DNA of 63,961 nt, counting the filler, from a bacterium (GTDB lineage Bacteria > UBA9089 > CG2-30-40-21 > SBAY01), in NCBI GenBank assembly GCA_040757115.1. It is 5 parts of 5 records of this genome, joined end to end, with 100 filler letters (N's around TTAATTAATTAA, not from the genome) between each part and the next. Parts side by side here need not be neighbours in the genome. Positions count along the whole stretch, not along the records: positions 40,963 to 54,443 come from JBFLYA010000106.1; 4 more parts are not named here. The stretch is one strand, 5' to 3'. The notes under the pieces were generated by a model. The model did not search any database, was not told the origin of the DNA, and saw only the letters and a list, made by a program, of their open reading frames with translations. Both the position numbers and the translations under genes were made by a program. Shown piece by piece: positions 40,963 through 50,650 of this stretch. The first letter of the stretch is position 1, and each line of letters begins with the position of its first letter.

Positions 40963-43900
40963 TTGCTAATCCTTTCCCCATCGCCTCGGCTATGTTTGTC
41001 CCTGGCTTACTTGCCGCTTGTTTAATATGTTCACCTAACAGATTACCAGCTATTTTAAATCTCTCTTCATCCGATACCTCTTTACCACTGAATATCTTTT
41101 CCTTGCCAGTTATCATTACGCCTTTTTGGTAGTAATCGGTAATTTTGTCAATATTTCCACTTACCTTCACAAGATAATCTAATTGAGCAGCATTAAGATT
41201 GCACCTCGCCGCTATCTGACCAAGTCCTACCTTTGTAGTTTGTAGTCCGGATAAGAATCGGTTATATCCCGTGATGCGGTCGCCAAATATATCCTTTCCA
41301 AAAGCAGCTGCACTGCCCAGATAGGTAATTTTCATAAAATTAGTAATTTTTGTTAGTTTTTGGAGGTTATTTAGTTTTTGAGTTAACTCGCCTATTTTAG
41401 CAATATCTTTGGCTTTTTTAGCGGCATCTAATGCCTTTCTTGCTTGGTCAATCTTAGGTGTAGTAAATGCATCTATGCCATTCAAGGCACTCATAAATCT
41501 TGAGCCTTTAGATAATTTAGCACCGGTAATAGCATCTTTTCCTGTAACAGCACACATGAGATTGTAATATTGCCCAATACCTGGTATAAGTGAGATACCA
41601 AAACTTAAAACACTCTTTACCCAGCTTTTACTCTGCTTGTATACTTCGGAATACTCTACTCTCGGCAAGCCCTCATCACCAGGTATATTTGCCAATTCTT
41701 CATCTGAAAGTGTTTTTACCTTACTAATGTCCAATCCATAAGATTCAAAGGTAAAAGCTCCACCCGGGACATACTTCTTCTGACCATTCGATACCAGGTA
41801 AACCGCATTACCAGAGCCTTTGACTAAATATGGGCTTTTGATTGGTGTGCCTGTTGGTATGGAGTTAATATCTCCATCTGGTACATTTTTTATAAATCGC
41901 TGTGCAGATATAACTGGAATTTCAGATTCATTTATCGGTCTTCTTCTACCATTTTCTATTACATAGTAGTCTGTAATTGCTTGATAATAGACATATCGTC
42001 CACCTATACTCATCCGGTCATCTCTTATATATTCTTTCTTATAATCTATCCCTTCTCTCATCCATGGTTCTATACGCCAGTATTTCCAGTATTTACTGTC
42101 TGCCTCCCATCTTGTTATTGCTTGAATTGTCCCATTAGGCACATCAGATGCATTTATTGATTTTCTTTTACCATCTTCTATCATATAGTAGTCTGTAATT
42201 GCTTGATAATAGACATATCGTCCACCTATACTCATCCGGTCATCTCTTATATATTCTTTCTTATAATCTATCCCTTCTCTCATCCATGGTTCTATACGCC
42301 AGTATTTCCAGTATTTACTGTCTGCCTCCCATCTTGTTATTGCTTGAATTGTCCCATTAGGCACATCAGATGCATTTATTGATTTTCTTTTACCATCTTC
42401 TATCATATAGTAGTCTGTAATTGCTTGATAATAGACATATCGTCCACCTATACTCATCCGGTCATCTCTTATATATTCTTTCTTATAATCTATCCCTTCT
42501 CTCATCCATGGTTCTATACGCCAGTATTTCCAGTATTTACTGTCTGCCTCCCATCTTGTAGAAACTTCTATTAAATCTGTCTTTTCCTTTACAATTCTAT
42601 GAAGTGCTGGAGTATCTACAATTGGCTTTTTTATCCCACCAATCATATAATAAACCTGTCCATCAGAGCCTTTAATTAATTCTCCATTGGAATACTTTAT
42701 CTTAGAAATTGGTTCTCCTTCATCAATTGATTGTAATTCTGAATTTGAAATTGTCTTTATCTCTTGTTGGTTAAATCCTAAAGCTTCAAATGTTATCTGG
42801 TTTGGAATTAGTCTTCTTAAACCACCTTCCATTAAGTATCGATGACCATCTTCATTCTGAAGTAAAGTTCCATTTGGATATTTAACTTTAGGTAAAGTAG
42901 CAAGAGTAGATAAGTCTTTAAGTTGTTCGCTTGAGACATTAACTGTATTTTCTATATTTAGCTCAAGTCTGAGTGCCCCTGGTAAAACCATCTTTTCCTG
43001 ACCAGGTATAACACTAACATTGTCAAAATATGTACTGGGTTTTTGATTTGCACCCTGGTCGTATTTTACCATTGGGTCATCAGATTCTATTCTTTTATCA
43101 CCTATCTGGATATAATCCACATACAGTTCTCTATCTGCTGAAACACCATGTCTTGATTCATAATGATGGTAATAATTGGTCTTGAAGAGATGCTTTATCT
43201 TATGCACCCAGTGGTCTAACCAGGTATAAATATCCTGGTCATTGGGATAAACAATATCTATCTTATGCTTGCCATCACTTAAAGGAACAGTAACTGTATA
43301 ATCTTTATACTCATCCGTAACAAACCATTCTTTGATTATCTCCCCATCTATTCGAAGTTGGATTAATGGAAAAGAACCTCCATCTTCCTTACCCTTTGCT
43401 CTGACAGTGATGGTCTGTTCTTTGATATTTAAACCTAATGCCTCCCATGTAGTCTTATCTGGTATCTCAATCTTGTTATCCAAGGAAGTCATATAAAGTT
43501 TATCATCAGCTCCACGAAGGATGGTACCGTTGGGATATTCTAAGTGCGGAAATCGTTCTGGGTCATCGGAAATGCCTTGTAATTTTGAAAATGGGACTGG
43601 TTTGACCTTTGAGATATCTAAACCTAAGTTCTCAAGTGTCTGTTTATTTGGTATAAGTTTTTTCTCACCTGCTGGTGTTATCAAGTAGTATTGCTCATCA
43701 TTAGTTTCAGAGTTTTTTAGTATAGTACCGATTGGATATTCGAAGTGTGGGATTTCATCACCTTTTGGAATGTTTTCTAATTCTGATGTAGATACCGGAA
43801 TTGCCTTGGATTCGTCAAGGTCTAAGTTTTTTAATGTTGGTTCATCCGGTATTTTTCTTCTTAAGCCATATGCCATCAGGTAATAATCATTATCTGCTTT

Positions 43901-45133
43901 TAATAATGTGCCATTATCGTATTTTATGAGAAGGATTTCTTCACCATCCGGGATAAGTTCTAATTCCTCATCTGCAAGTGTGATAATTTGAGATTTATCT
44001 AATCCTAAGTTATCGAATGTTTTTTCATCTGGAATGCGTTTTTTAGTCCCTGAAACAATCATAAATCTATTGTCTGCTTCGCTTCTAACTAATGTCCCAT
44101 CAGGGATTAAGGCCGAAAAAAGCAACTTTAAATCAAGGCTATCGACTTTATCATCCAGATTCAAATCGGCATTTTTGTAGCCTAATGTGATTATTTCTCT
44201 TTTATCTTCCCAGTTAGGGTCATTGGAGGTTTTACCAAAGGCTTCTTTGAGAAGGTTTAAATTAGAAAGATTATTATTAGCCCACAGGGTAAATATATCT
44301 TCCTGGTCTATCTTTTTATCTTTGTTAAAATCAACCTCTTTATATCCAGGTTGGGTTTGTAGTTGAGTTTTATCGTTCCAACCAGTATCACTTGATGTTT
44401 TCCCATAAGCCTCTTTAATCAGATTTGCATAAGGCATTCTATATTTTTGCCAGAGGGTAAATATATCCTTTTGGTCAACTATGCCGTCTCGATTAATATC
44501 TGCCTGTTTATATCCTTCTTTGACCACTTCTCTTACAACATCTTCTATTGGTACTAATCTTCTTCTCCACCATCCTTGTCGCAACCACTTTATTTTTCTC
44601 ACCAGATTAACTACATCTTCCCAGCCCGTATCACCTGCTTTTTTATTTAATGCCTGCTCAATTTTATTTAGCATGTTTCTAACAGCACTATCTCTAAAAG
44701 AACGAGAATAGGCAAATCTCTTCAGGTCTTCTATGGTTATCTTATCATCCCTATTTTTATCCAGGTTTTTATAGCCAGTTCCAGGGATAGGTACTTCCTT
44801 TTCTATTTTCTCCCATTCTGGTTCGCCTTCCTTTTTACCCAATCCCTGTTCAATCTTATTTAGTTGAGCACTAATTTGTGGGGAATGTATCTTCAAGTCA
44901 GAGATATTTACTTTAGCATCGTTATTCAAATCGAAATTCTTGTAGCCAGTGTTTGGGATAGGTTTTGTAGTATCTTCCCAGCCAATATCCCCTACTTTTT
45001 TCTTCATTGCCTCACGCAACAATCCAAGTCGGACCATATTACCGAATGTTGGGTCAACAGGCTCATCTTCCTTTTTAGGTTGATGAGTAGTAAGTAATAG
45101 TTTTGGGTCTAACATAACATTATTAGTAGCCAT
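40963..45133 (-). CDS. Large modular protein (over 1390 aa, 3-prime end truncated): EF-hand/dockerin-like repeats, about 60-aa GTL repeats, CBM60-like domain, pre-toxin-TG-like region
   Basis: DLNNDAKVNISDL/DINRDGIVDQKDI repeats; GTLL...YYL...RRxIP..TF..LGL repeats; IDIVYPND...DRELYVDYIQIG; LIPGIG...AVTGKDAITGAKLS; GGAGG RBS. Confidence 0.8.
41963..42558 (-). repeat. 222-bp (74-aa) essentially exact coding tandem repeat, about 2.7 copies
   Basis: Period measured at 41963/42185/42407. Confidence 0.95.
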
Positions 45134-45375
45134 TTTGGCACCTCCTCTGTAATTATAGTAAGCAGATTTAACGGATTTTAAAACAAAAAAGCCTTCTTGG
45201 TTTTAGATTAATGCCAGAAGGTTTAGCTTTCCTTTTTTATTTTCCTGCTGAATTTATGATTACCATAGAGATAGAGACTCATTTTCTTTTTACGCTCCTT
45301 GTTAATTTCCCTCCTTTGTGTATATATTATACTACATAATTTTAAGTTTGTCAAGAGTTTTTTTCAATTTTTTTT

Positions 45376-45643
45376 GTAACTATTCACCACGAAGAGCACG
45401 AAGGGCAGGGAGATGTTACAGAACAAATCTTTTTATGCCTTCTTTCAATCTTTCCACATTGAAATTTATCAATAGACCAACCTTAAATAGTAGTCAGTAG
45501 TTAGTAGTCACTAATTACTGTCCACTCTTCACCTCTTCCCTACTGACTACTATCTACTCTCTACTATTTTAGGTAATGACTCTATTCGATAATTCATCAA
45601 ATTTCACTTCGTGCTCTTCGTGTCCTTCGTGGTGAATAGTTAC
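45376..45643. mobile_element. Family A element with both ends of a GxxExxY gene, interior replaced by AGTAGTC/CTACT-type arms
   Basis: GTAACTATTCACCACGAAG...CTTCGTGGTGAATAGTTAC; minus-strand KFDELSNRVI and KVGLLINFNVERLKEGIKRFVL-stop. Confidence 0.88.
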
Positions 45644-45648
45644 CTGCA

Positions 45649-46728
45649 TTATTTGTAGTTAAGAAAAAGTTGTCCCCAGTTTGTTTTAAGCATCTCATTA
45701 ACCCTTTTTTCCCCAACAGCAGGATACCAGTATAAATCATGATAAAGCCTTGATGCGGCATAAGACCAGGGGACGATTGGTGTGCGAAGTAAAATATGTT
45801 CAAACGGTTTGAGGAAACCGTGATATATTGCCTTCTGACCTTTACTGGCAAAGGTATCACCACACTTAAAGCCAAAGTTGACACCCGATATATCCTCACC
45901 CACTACCTCTATTTCATTTGGGTTACCACACCCCAGCCCCATTTCGTGTGCCAGTCGAATGAAGCCGAGAGCGAGTGGGTCAAATCCCTGGATTTTAGCA
46001 GAGATAGCATCAATTGCTACCTGGTCAGAACTGGCTAAGATGTAATTTGTAACATGTGGTTCCATACAGCGAGGGCCAGGACCACTGCCCGCAATAGTTC
46101 CATCCATCACTGCAAAAATGCCGCTATGAATCTCCTTTTGAATAGTTAAAAGGTCAACCAGGGTCTCATGAATAACGCTGTGTGTCCAGTGTCTTTTTTG
46201 GGATAAAAGACCTCCAAAGGCATTCTTCATTGCCCCAGTAATCGTAGTGAACACATGCGTTTTCACGGTTGGCAGGTGAATGATACTCTTCCCCTGAAAC
46301 ATCTTTGGAATAAGAATACCTTCTGGATACACCTTATCCAGAACAAGTATCTTCCCTTTCGGTTCGTATCTTACCCACTCTATAGGTTTCTCATTCAAAT
46401 AAACCGTAGATAGACCATATTTATCTATCACTAACTTATGTTTATTATTTACCTCTCCGACTCTATCATTGACGACAACAGTGCGATTATGGGCACCAAT
46501 GATATTTTGTGGTGGATAGCCGTCATTAAGAAGGGTTTTTATTACCCCTTCTAATTGCCAGGGTGTAGTTGAGCACGCCGGATACCAGTGATGCCAGGAA
46601 ATGTTAATTTTAAGAAGAACAACTTTATCCCTGGGTAAAAAACTCTCATATTCGGCTAATTTCATTAACCGTTTATAATCCTCGAGTACCGTTTCCGGCT
46701 TTGTTTTTAAAACTGCAACTTTACTCAT
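45649..46728 (-). CDS. DUF362 domain protein
   Basis: LLKINISWH...CSTTPWQLEG, HLPTVKTH...TGAMKNAFGG, AVMDG...GPGP, DQVAIDA. Confidence 0.88.
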   Translation of the reverse strand: MSKVAVLKTKPETVLEDYKRLMKLAEYESFLPRDKVVLLKINISWHHWYPACSTTPWQLEGVIKTLLNDGYPPQNIIGAHNRTVVVNDRVGEVNNKHKLVIDKYGLSTVYLNEKPIEWVRYEPKGKILVLDKVYPEGILIPKMFQGKSIIHLPTVKTHVFTTITGAMKNAFGGLLSQKRHWTHSVIHETLVDLLTIQKEIHSGIFAVMDGTIAGSGPGPRCMEPHVTNYILASSDQVAIDAISAKIQGFDPLALGFIRLAHEMGLGCGNPNEIEVVGEDISGVNFGFKCGDTFASKGQKAIYHGFLKPFEHILLRTPIVPWSYAASRLYHDLYWYPAVGEKRVNEMLKTNWGQLFLNYK

Positions 46729-46764
46729 TTCTTTAAACCTCCTCTTATGACTCGAAGTAAATTT

Positions 46765-48174
46765 TTATCCTTCTTTAGCCATACCATCTTCATATTTAAG
46801 AAAATATCTAAGAAGTGCGGCTAAAGCCGAAAACCAGTAAAATGGTTCAAAGTCTGTCTTGTCTATAAATATACCACTTATCATATGTCCTATTAAGCCA
46901 ATTTCAAGTGCTCGACTTAGATTGTGAACATTAATCCCTTGAAATTCTTCTTTTGCTGATTTCCTTACCCGCCATAAATCTGTAAAATTAAAAAATAATA
47001 ATAACAGGTAAGAGAATAAAGTAATAGTCCCCCCTTGAGCTAAGAACTTTATATATGTATTATGCGGAACAAGTTGTTCGATATTACTATCCCATGGGAG
47101 ATAGCCTCTAACTACATACTGAAAATTTTCCTGTCCTATACCAATTAAAGGATGCTCTTTCCACATCTCAATACCTGCCTTCCATACATCAATTCGATGA
47201 GTGGCTGATGCATCCTCCTCATAAGTCTTAATTGTATTCATTCTCTCCCAATAAATAGGGGGAGCAAACATTATTCCTAACCATATTACTCCACTTAATA
47301 TAAGGAATGATTTTAATTTCTTTTTTGAGTTAAGGGCAAGGGATAGTAGAACTACTCCAGCACCAATAGAACCACCTCGAGAACCAGTAGCAATGATACA
47401 AAAAATTGAGATTGGTAAAAAAATAATACCCGCGATTCTCTCCAATTGATTCTTGCTAAAAATCTTATAGAAAAAAAATGGTATTGTCATTACGACCATG
47501 TGGGCAAGGGCATTAGAACCCTTTAACTGACCTCCACCTACCTCTGTTCTTTTCATTGAACCTCCCAGAATGAATGTGCGGATGGCTAAAAGAGATAAGC
47601 ACCCGCTACCTCCTGATACTATCCAATAGGCAAGATTAAGTTTTTTAAAGGAGTCTGTTAAATTTAGAAAAAGGAGATAAAATATCATTCTTTTACCAAA
47701 TACATTGGATTCCTCAATACTCTTTTCTGGATAAACGGCATTAATAGTGGAAAGATATGCCACGGCTATTAGTCCTAAAATAGCAATGTTTTGCCAGCAT
47801 TTAACAAATCTAAAATTTCGTTTAACTATCATATTAAATAACCAACTTCCCACAACTACTGGTGTTATGTAGAATATTGCCCTTGTATCTGATGGAGCAT
47901 ATTTTATATCACATGACATAAGAAAATATAAAAAGATTACGAATAGGACTCCCAAATAAGGCTCAAGGATAATACCTATACCTCCCACAATACATAATCC
48001 AATCAGGGTCGCATTCCTGATGGAAACAAGAGGGCATAAAAACAGAAATCCCATCGCCATACATAAAACTATGCTTATCGTAATCATTATTGCCGATGGT
48101 AATTCCTTATTATATTTAACCTCTATCCAGAATGAGGTTATCTTTTCTTTCAGAGTATTAAAATATTTCTTCAT
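46765..48174 (-). CDS. O-antigen ligase / O-glycosylation ligase family protein
   Basis: TGSRGG, SATHRIDVWKAGIEMWKEHPLIGIG, PHNTYI; polytopic. Confidence 0.9.
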   Translation of the reverse strand: MKKYFNTLKEKITSFWIEVKYNKELPSAIMITISIVLCMAMGFLFLCPLVSIRNATLIGLCIVGGIGIILEPYLGVLFVIFLYFLMSCDIKYAPSDTRAIFYITPVVVGSWLFNMIVKRNFRFVKCWQNIAILGLIAVAYLSTINAVYPEKSIEESNVFGKRMIFYLLFLNLTDSFKKLNLAYWIVSGGSGCLSLLAIRTFILGGSMKRTEVGGGQLKGSNALAHMVVMTIPFFFYKIFSKNQLERIAGIIFLPISIFCIIATGSRGGSIGAGVVLLSLALNSKKKLKSFLILSGVIWLGIMFAPPIYWERMNTIKTYEEDASATHRIDVWKAGIEMWKEHPLIGIGQENFQYVVRGYLPWDSNIEQLVPHNTYIKFLAQGGTITLFSYLLLLFFNFTDLWRVRKSAKEEFQGINVHNLSRALEIGLIGHMISGIFIDKTDFEPFYWFSALAALLRYFLKYEDGMAKEG

Positions 48175-48207
48175 TTAATATGTCTCCCTTACAGATTATG
48201 TAACTAC

Positions 48208-48348
48208 TCAACTTTGGCAAAAAATGCAAAACTCGTTTATAGTTTATGGTTTATAGTTTATTGTTTATAGTCTATAGTCCTTCAACTATCAACTATATAT
48301 AAACTATCATAAGTTTTTCAAAGAAGTTTGCAAATTTGCCAAAGTTTA
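48208..48348. mobile_element. Family G element (T(C/A)AACTTTGGCAAA TIR) carrying a 6-unit TTTATAG array
   Basis: TIR pair; flanking near-direct repeat GTAACTA(C/T), so it appears inserted into a family A terminus. Confidence 0.78.
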
Positions 48349-48418
48349 GTAACTATTTAGCCATCTGAAGTGAAATAACAGGCAATGGTTGTTAGGTTCA
48401 GGGTTCTACTGTCTTACT

Positions 48419-50272
48419 TCACCTGGGTAAATAATTAACCAGATTATTTATTAACAGCTGTTTTATCTTATAGCAGTCACTAACTTTCTGCCTTGGTCTT
48501 TTAAAGATACTATCTACTATTTTTCTATCTCCACCATTTCTTCGGATTATCTCTACGATGTATTCATAAGTTTGTAGCTCTGTGCGAAGGACTTTTAGTC
48601 GTAGAGATGGAATAGGAATATCGAGATTAAATTTACTACCAGGATAAAAGGCTAATGCAGTGCCATCTTCGTCATCAAGGTAGATATAAGGGTCATCTTT
48701 CCATGAGGCACAACTCCAGAAGCAAATTCCATCAACTTTTGCTTTCCATATTTCCCATAATATATCTATTTCTTTATCATCTTCATTATCACAAAAAGAT
48801 TTTTTATTTACCGCGGGCAGACTTCCATAAAACCAGATTTCTTCATCCTGCCTATGTCTATTTTCCGCATCAGAAATATCACTCCCCAGTCCAACATTCC
48901 ATAATCCAACATAGCCATCTAATCTTTTATCTGAGGAAAGATACTCATAATACCGACCAATATCAATTCTAAAAACAAACTTTGCAGATTTAGTATCCAT
49001 AATTTTCTTTCCCGCACCTATATTTTTAAATCCTTTTCTTGTTAATTCTGCATAGTATTTCAACGCATCATAATCAGCATAGGGATTTTGGGGAGATTCC
49101 TTAGATGGGTATCTCGGTTCATCCATCCGCCAGGGAATTAATTTAGACATAGTTGTTTTATGGTTAAAATATATCTGAAATTGGGTTTGTGTCCAACCCT
49201 GTTTATTAAAATAATCTTCAAATTGTTGACATATTCTTATATATTCTGTTCTGTATTCTGGAGTCGTATATCGTCTTGAATTTTTATCTTCGCCCCATTT
49301 TGCAGGCCAATTACAATTAAATGGCAATATAAAAGATGATAATGCTCTGCCGGTCCCTCGCTTACATTCATAAAAAATATTATCTTTGGGTGAGAAGTAT
49401 TTATTAAACTGATTATAAAATGCCCTCCAATCCACTACCTTAATTTTATCCCCATTACCTTCAATAATGGGGGCATAATTCCCCTTCATTCCACCATCTT
49501 GATTATAGGGTATTTCACTAAGGGTAAATCCATGTTCCCGTGCCATTTTATGAAATTTCTCTTCAATGCTTATGTATCGTGCGTCTTTACGGTCAACATC
49601 AAATCCTCTTGATATCCAGATATAATCATTTAAAATAGCCTTTAATGAATAATCATCCGGAAGGGCAAAATTTAATACCTTAAGTTTAATATTTAGTGTT
49701 TTAAGTAATTTTTTAGTCTGGGTAACCTTAAGAGTCCCTTGATAATCACCAGCAGGAATATTTTTAGGTATGTAAATATCACACCAGACAGCCTGGTTTT
49801 TTTGTCCGATAATAGGTTGGGTAGAAGTAGGAATATCAAATGGGGCACCATAGTCAGGGACTTCAAAAGGTATTAATGCATCCGGATACCATACATTATT
49901 TAGTTTTATATACCACTCACGAAATAGTTCAATATTCTCTTTGCTTTGAATAACTCCCTGTCCTGTTAAATTACTGACTAAAATATCTACATCCTTAAGT
50001 TTTGTATTCTCTGCCTCAATAACTACTTGAAATCCTACATATTCATTCTTTGCCCCCTGAAGGGAAATAGTATTAAGGTTTTTATCAAAGAAGTAATTTT
50101 TGTCTTTATATTCGCCAATTATTGGTTTAGCGTTATATTTTCGCGGGTCTTCCTCATATACATTTCCAGTGATAGGATTGACCTTTTCATATTCTCCTGT
50201 TACCCAGATATTAACTGAAGAAAACGCCGGAGAAGAAGACAATAGAATCAGTAATAATATGATAATTTCCAT
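48419..50272 (-). CDS. Secreted DUF4091 / GH123-like putative glycoside hydrolase
   Basis: Signal peptide; GAKNEYVGFQVVI, WYPDALIP, NQAVWCDIYIP, YQGTL, MDEP, FYPG...PIPSLRLKVLR. Confidence 0.72.
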   Translation of the reverse strand: MEIIILLLILLSSSPAFSSVNIWVTGEYEKVNPITGNVYEEDPRKYNAKPIIGEYKDKNYFFDKNLNTISLQGAKNEYVGFQVVIEAENTKLKDVDILVSNLTGQGVIQSKENIELFREWYIKLNNVWYPDALIPFEVPDYGAPFDIPTSTQPIIGQKNQAVWCDIYIPKNIPAGDYQGTLKVTQTKKLLKTLNIKLKVLNFALPDDYSLKAILNDYIWISRGFDVDRKDARYISIEEKFHKMAREHGFTLSEIPYNQDGGMKGNYAPIIEGNGDKIKVVDWRAFYNQFNKYFSPKDNIFYECKRGTGRALSSFILPFNCNWPAKWGEDKNSRRYTTPEYRTEYIRICQQFEDYFNKQGWTQTQFQIYFNHKTTMSKLIPWRMDEPRYPSKESPQNPYADYDALKYYAELTRKGFKNIGAGKKIMDTKSAKFVFRIDIGRYYEYLSSDKRLDGYVGLWNVGLGSDISDAENRHRQDEEIWFYGSLPAVNKKSFCDNEDDKEIDILWEIWKAKVDGICFWSCASWKDDPYIYLDDEDGTALAFYPGSKFNLDIPIPSLRLKVLRTELQTYEYIVEIIRRNGGDRKIVDSIFKRPRQKVSDCYKIKQLLINNLVNYLPR

Positions 50273-50278
50273 ACTTAC

Positions 50279-50307
50279 ATAATATCACATAATTTAAAAA
50301 AAGTCAA
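50279..50307 (-). promoter_or_regulatory. Sigma70-type promoter, probably leaderless
   Basis: TTGACT-N17-TATTAT then 6 nt to ATG 50272. Confidence 0.7.
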
Positions 50308-50322
50308 TTAGTAATTGACAAC

Positions 50323-50615
50323 GGGTGCGTGTAAAATTTATGGGTAAAAAATATTCTGAGAGTTAGACCTGAAATTAAATCAAATATCAAAATGCAAAAT
50401 TACAAATCAAATTTCAAAGAGGAAATAGCAGGGTTTCTCTCAAAGAGTTGGAGGAATTTGGTAATATCTTTGCTTCAAGTATTTTAACGCTGAAAGGAAA
50501 GAGATAATTTTACATTTTGATATGTAATTTTTATATTTGCTTTTTGCATTTTGCTCTTTGGAGGGAATTGAATAATAGAGATGTTAAAAGTTACCCACAA
50601 ATTTTACATACACCC
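50323..50615. mobile_element. Family E MITE-like element (GGGTGCGTGTAAAATTT...AAATTTTACATACACCC) with a four-helix-bundle remnant
   Basis: About 25-bp TIR, 8-bp TSD TTGACAAC; MQNYKSNFKE then, out of frame, LKELEEFGNIFASSILTLKGKR-stop. Confidence 0.93.
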
Positions 50616-50644
50616 TTGACAACAGTTAAAATATATGTTAAACT
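50616..50644 (+). promoter_or_regulatory. Sigma70-type promoter, probably leaderless; the -35 box lies in the TSD
   Basis: TTGACA-N17-TAAACT with extended TG; 6 nt to GTG 50651. Confidence 0.7.
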
Positions 50645-50650
50645 ATAAGA

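Noticed and set aside
41963-42558. DGR template/variable repeat pair, prompted by Avd-like four-helix-bundle remnants
   Set aside because: Copies are tandem and essentially identical with no adenine-specific mismatches, and no reverse transcriptase is seen in the window
45200-45300. Possible 26-codon leader peptide and hairpin upstream of the giant protein
   Set aside because: No recognisable attenuator features or support beyond a weak RBS
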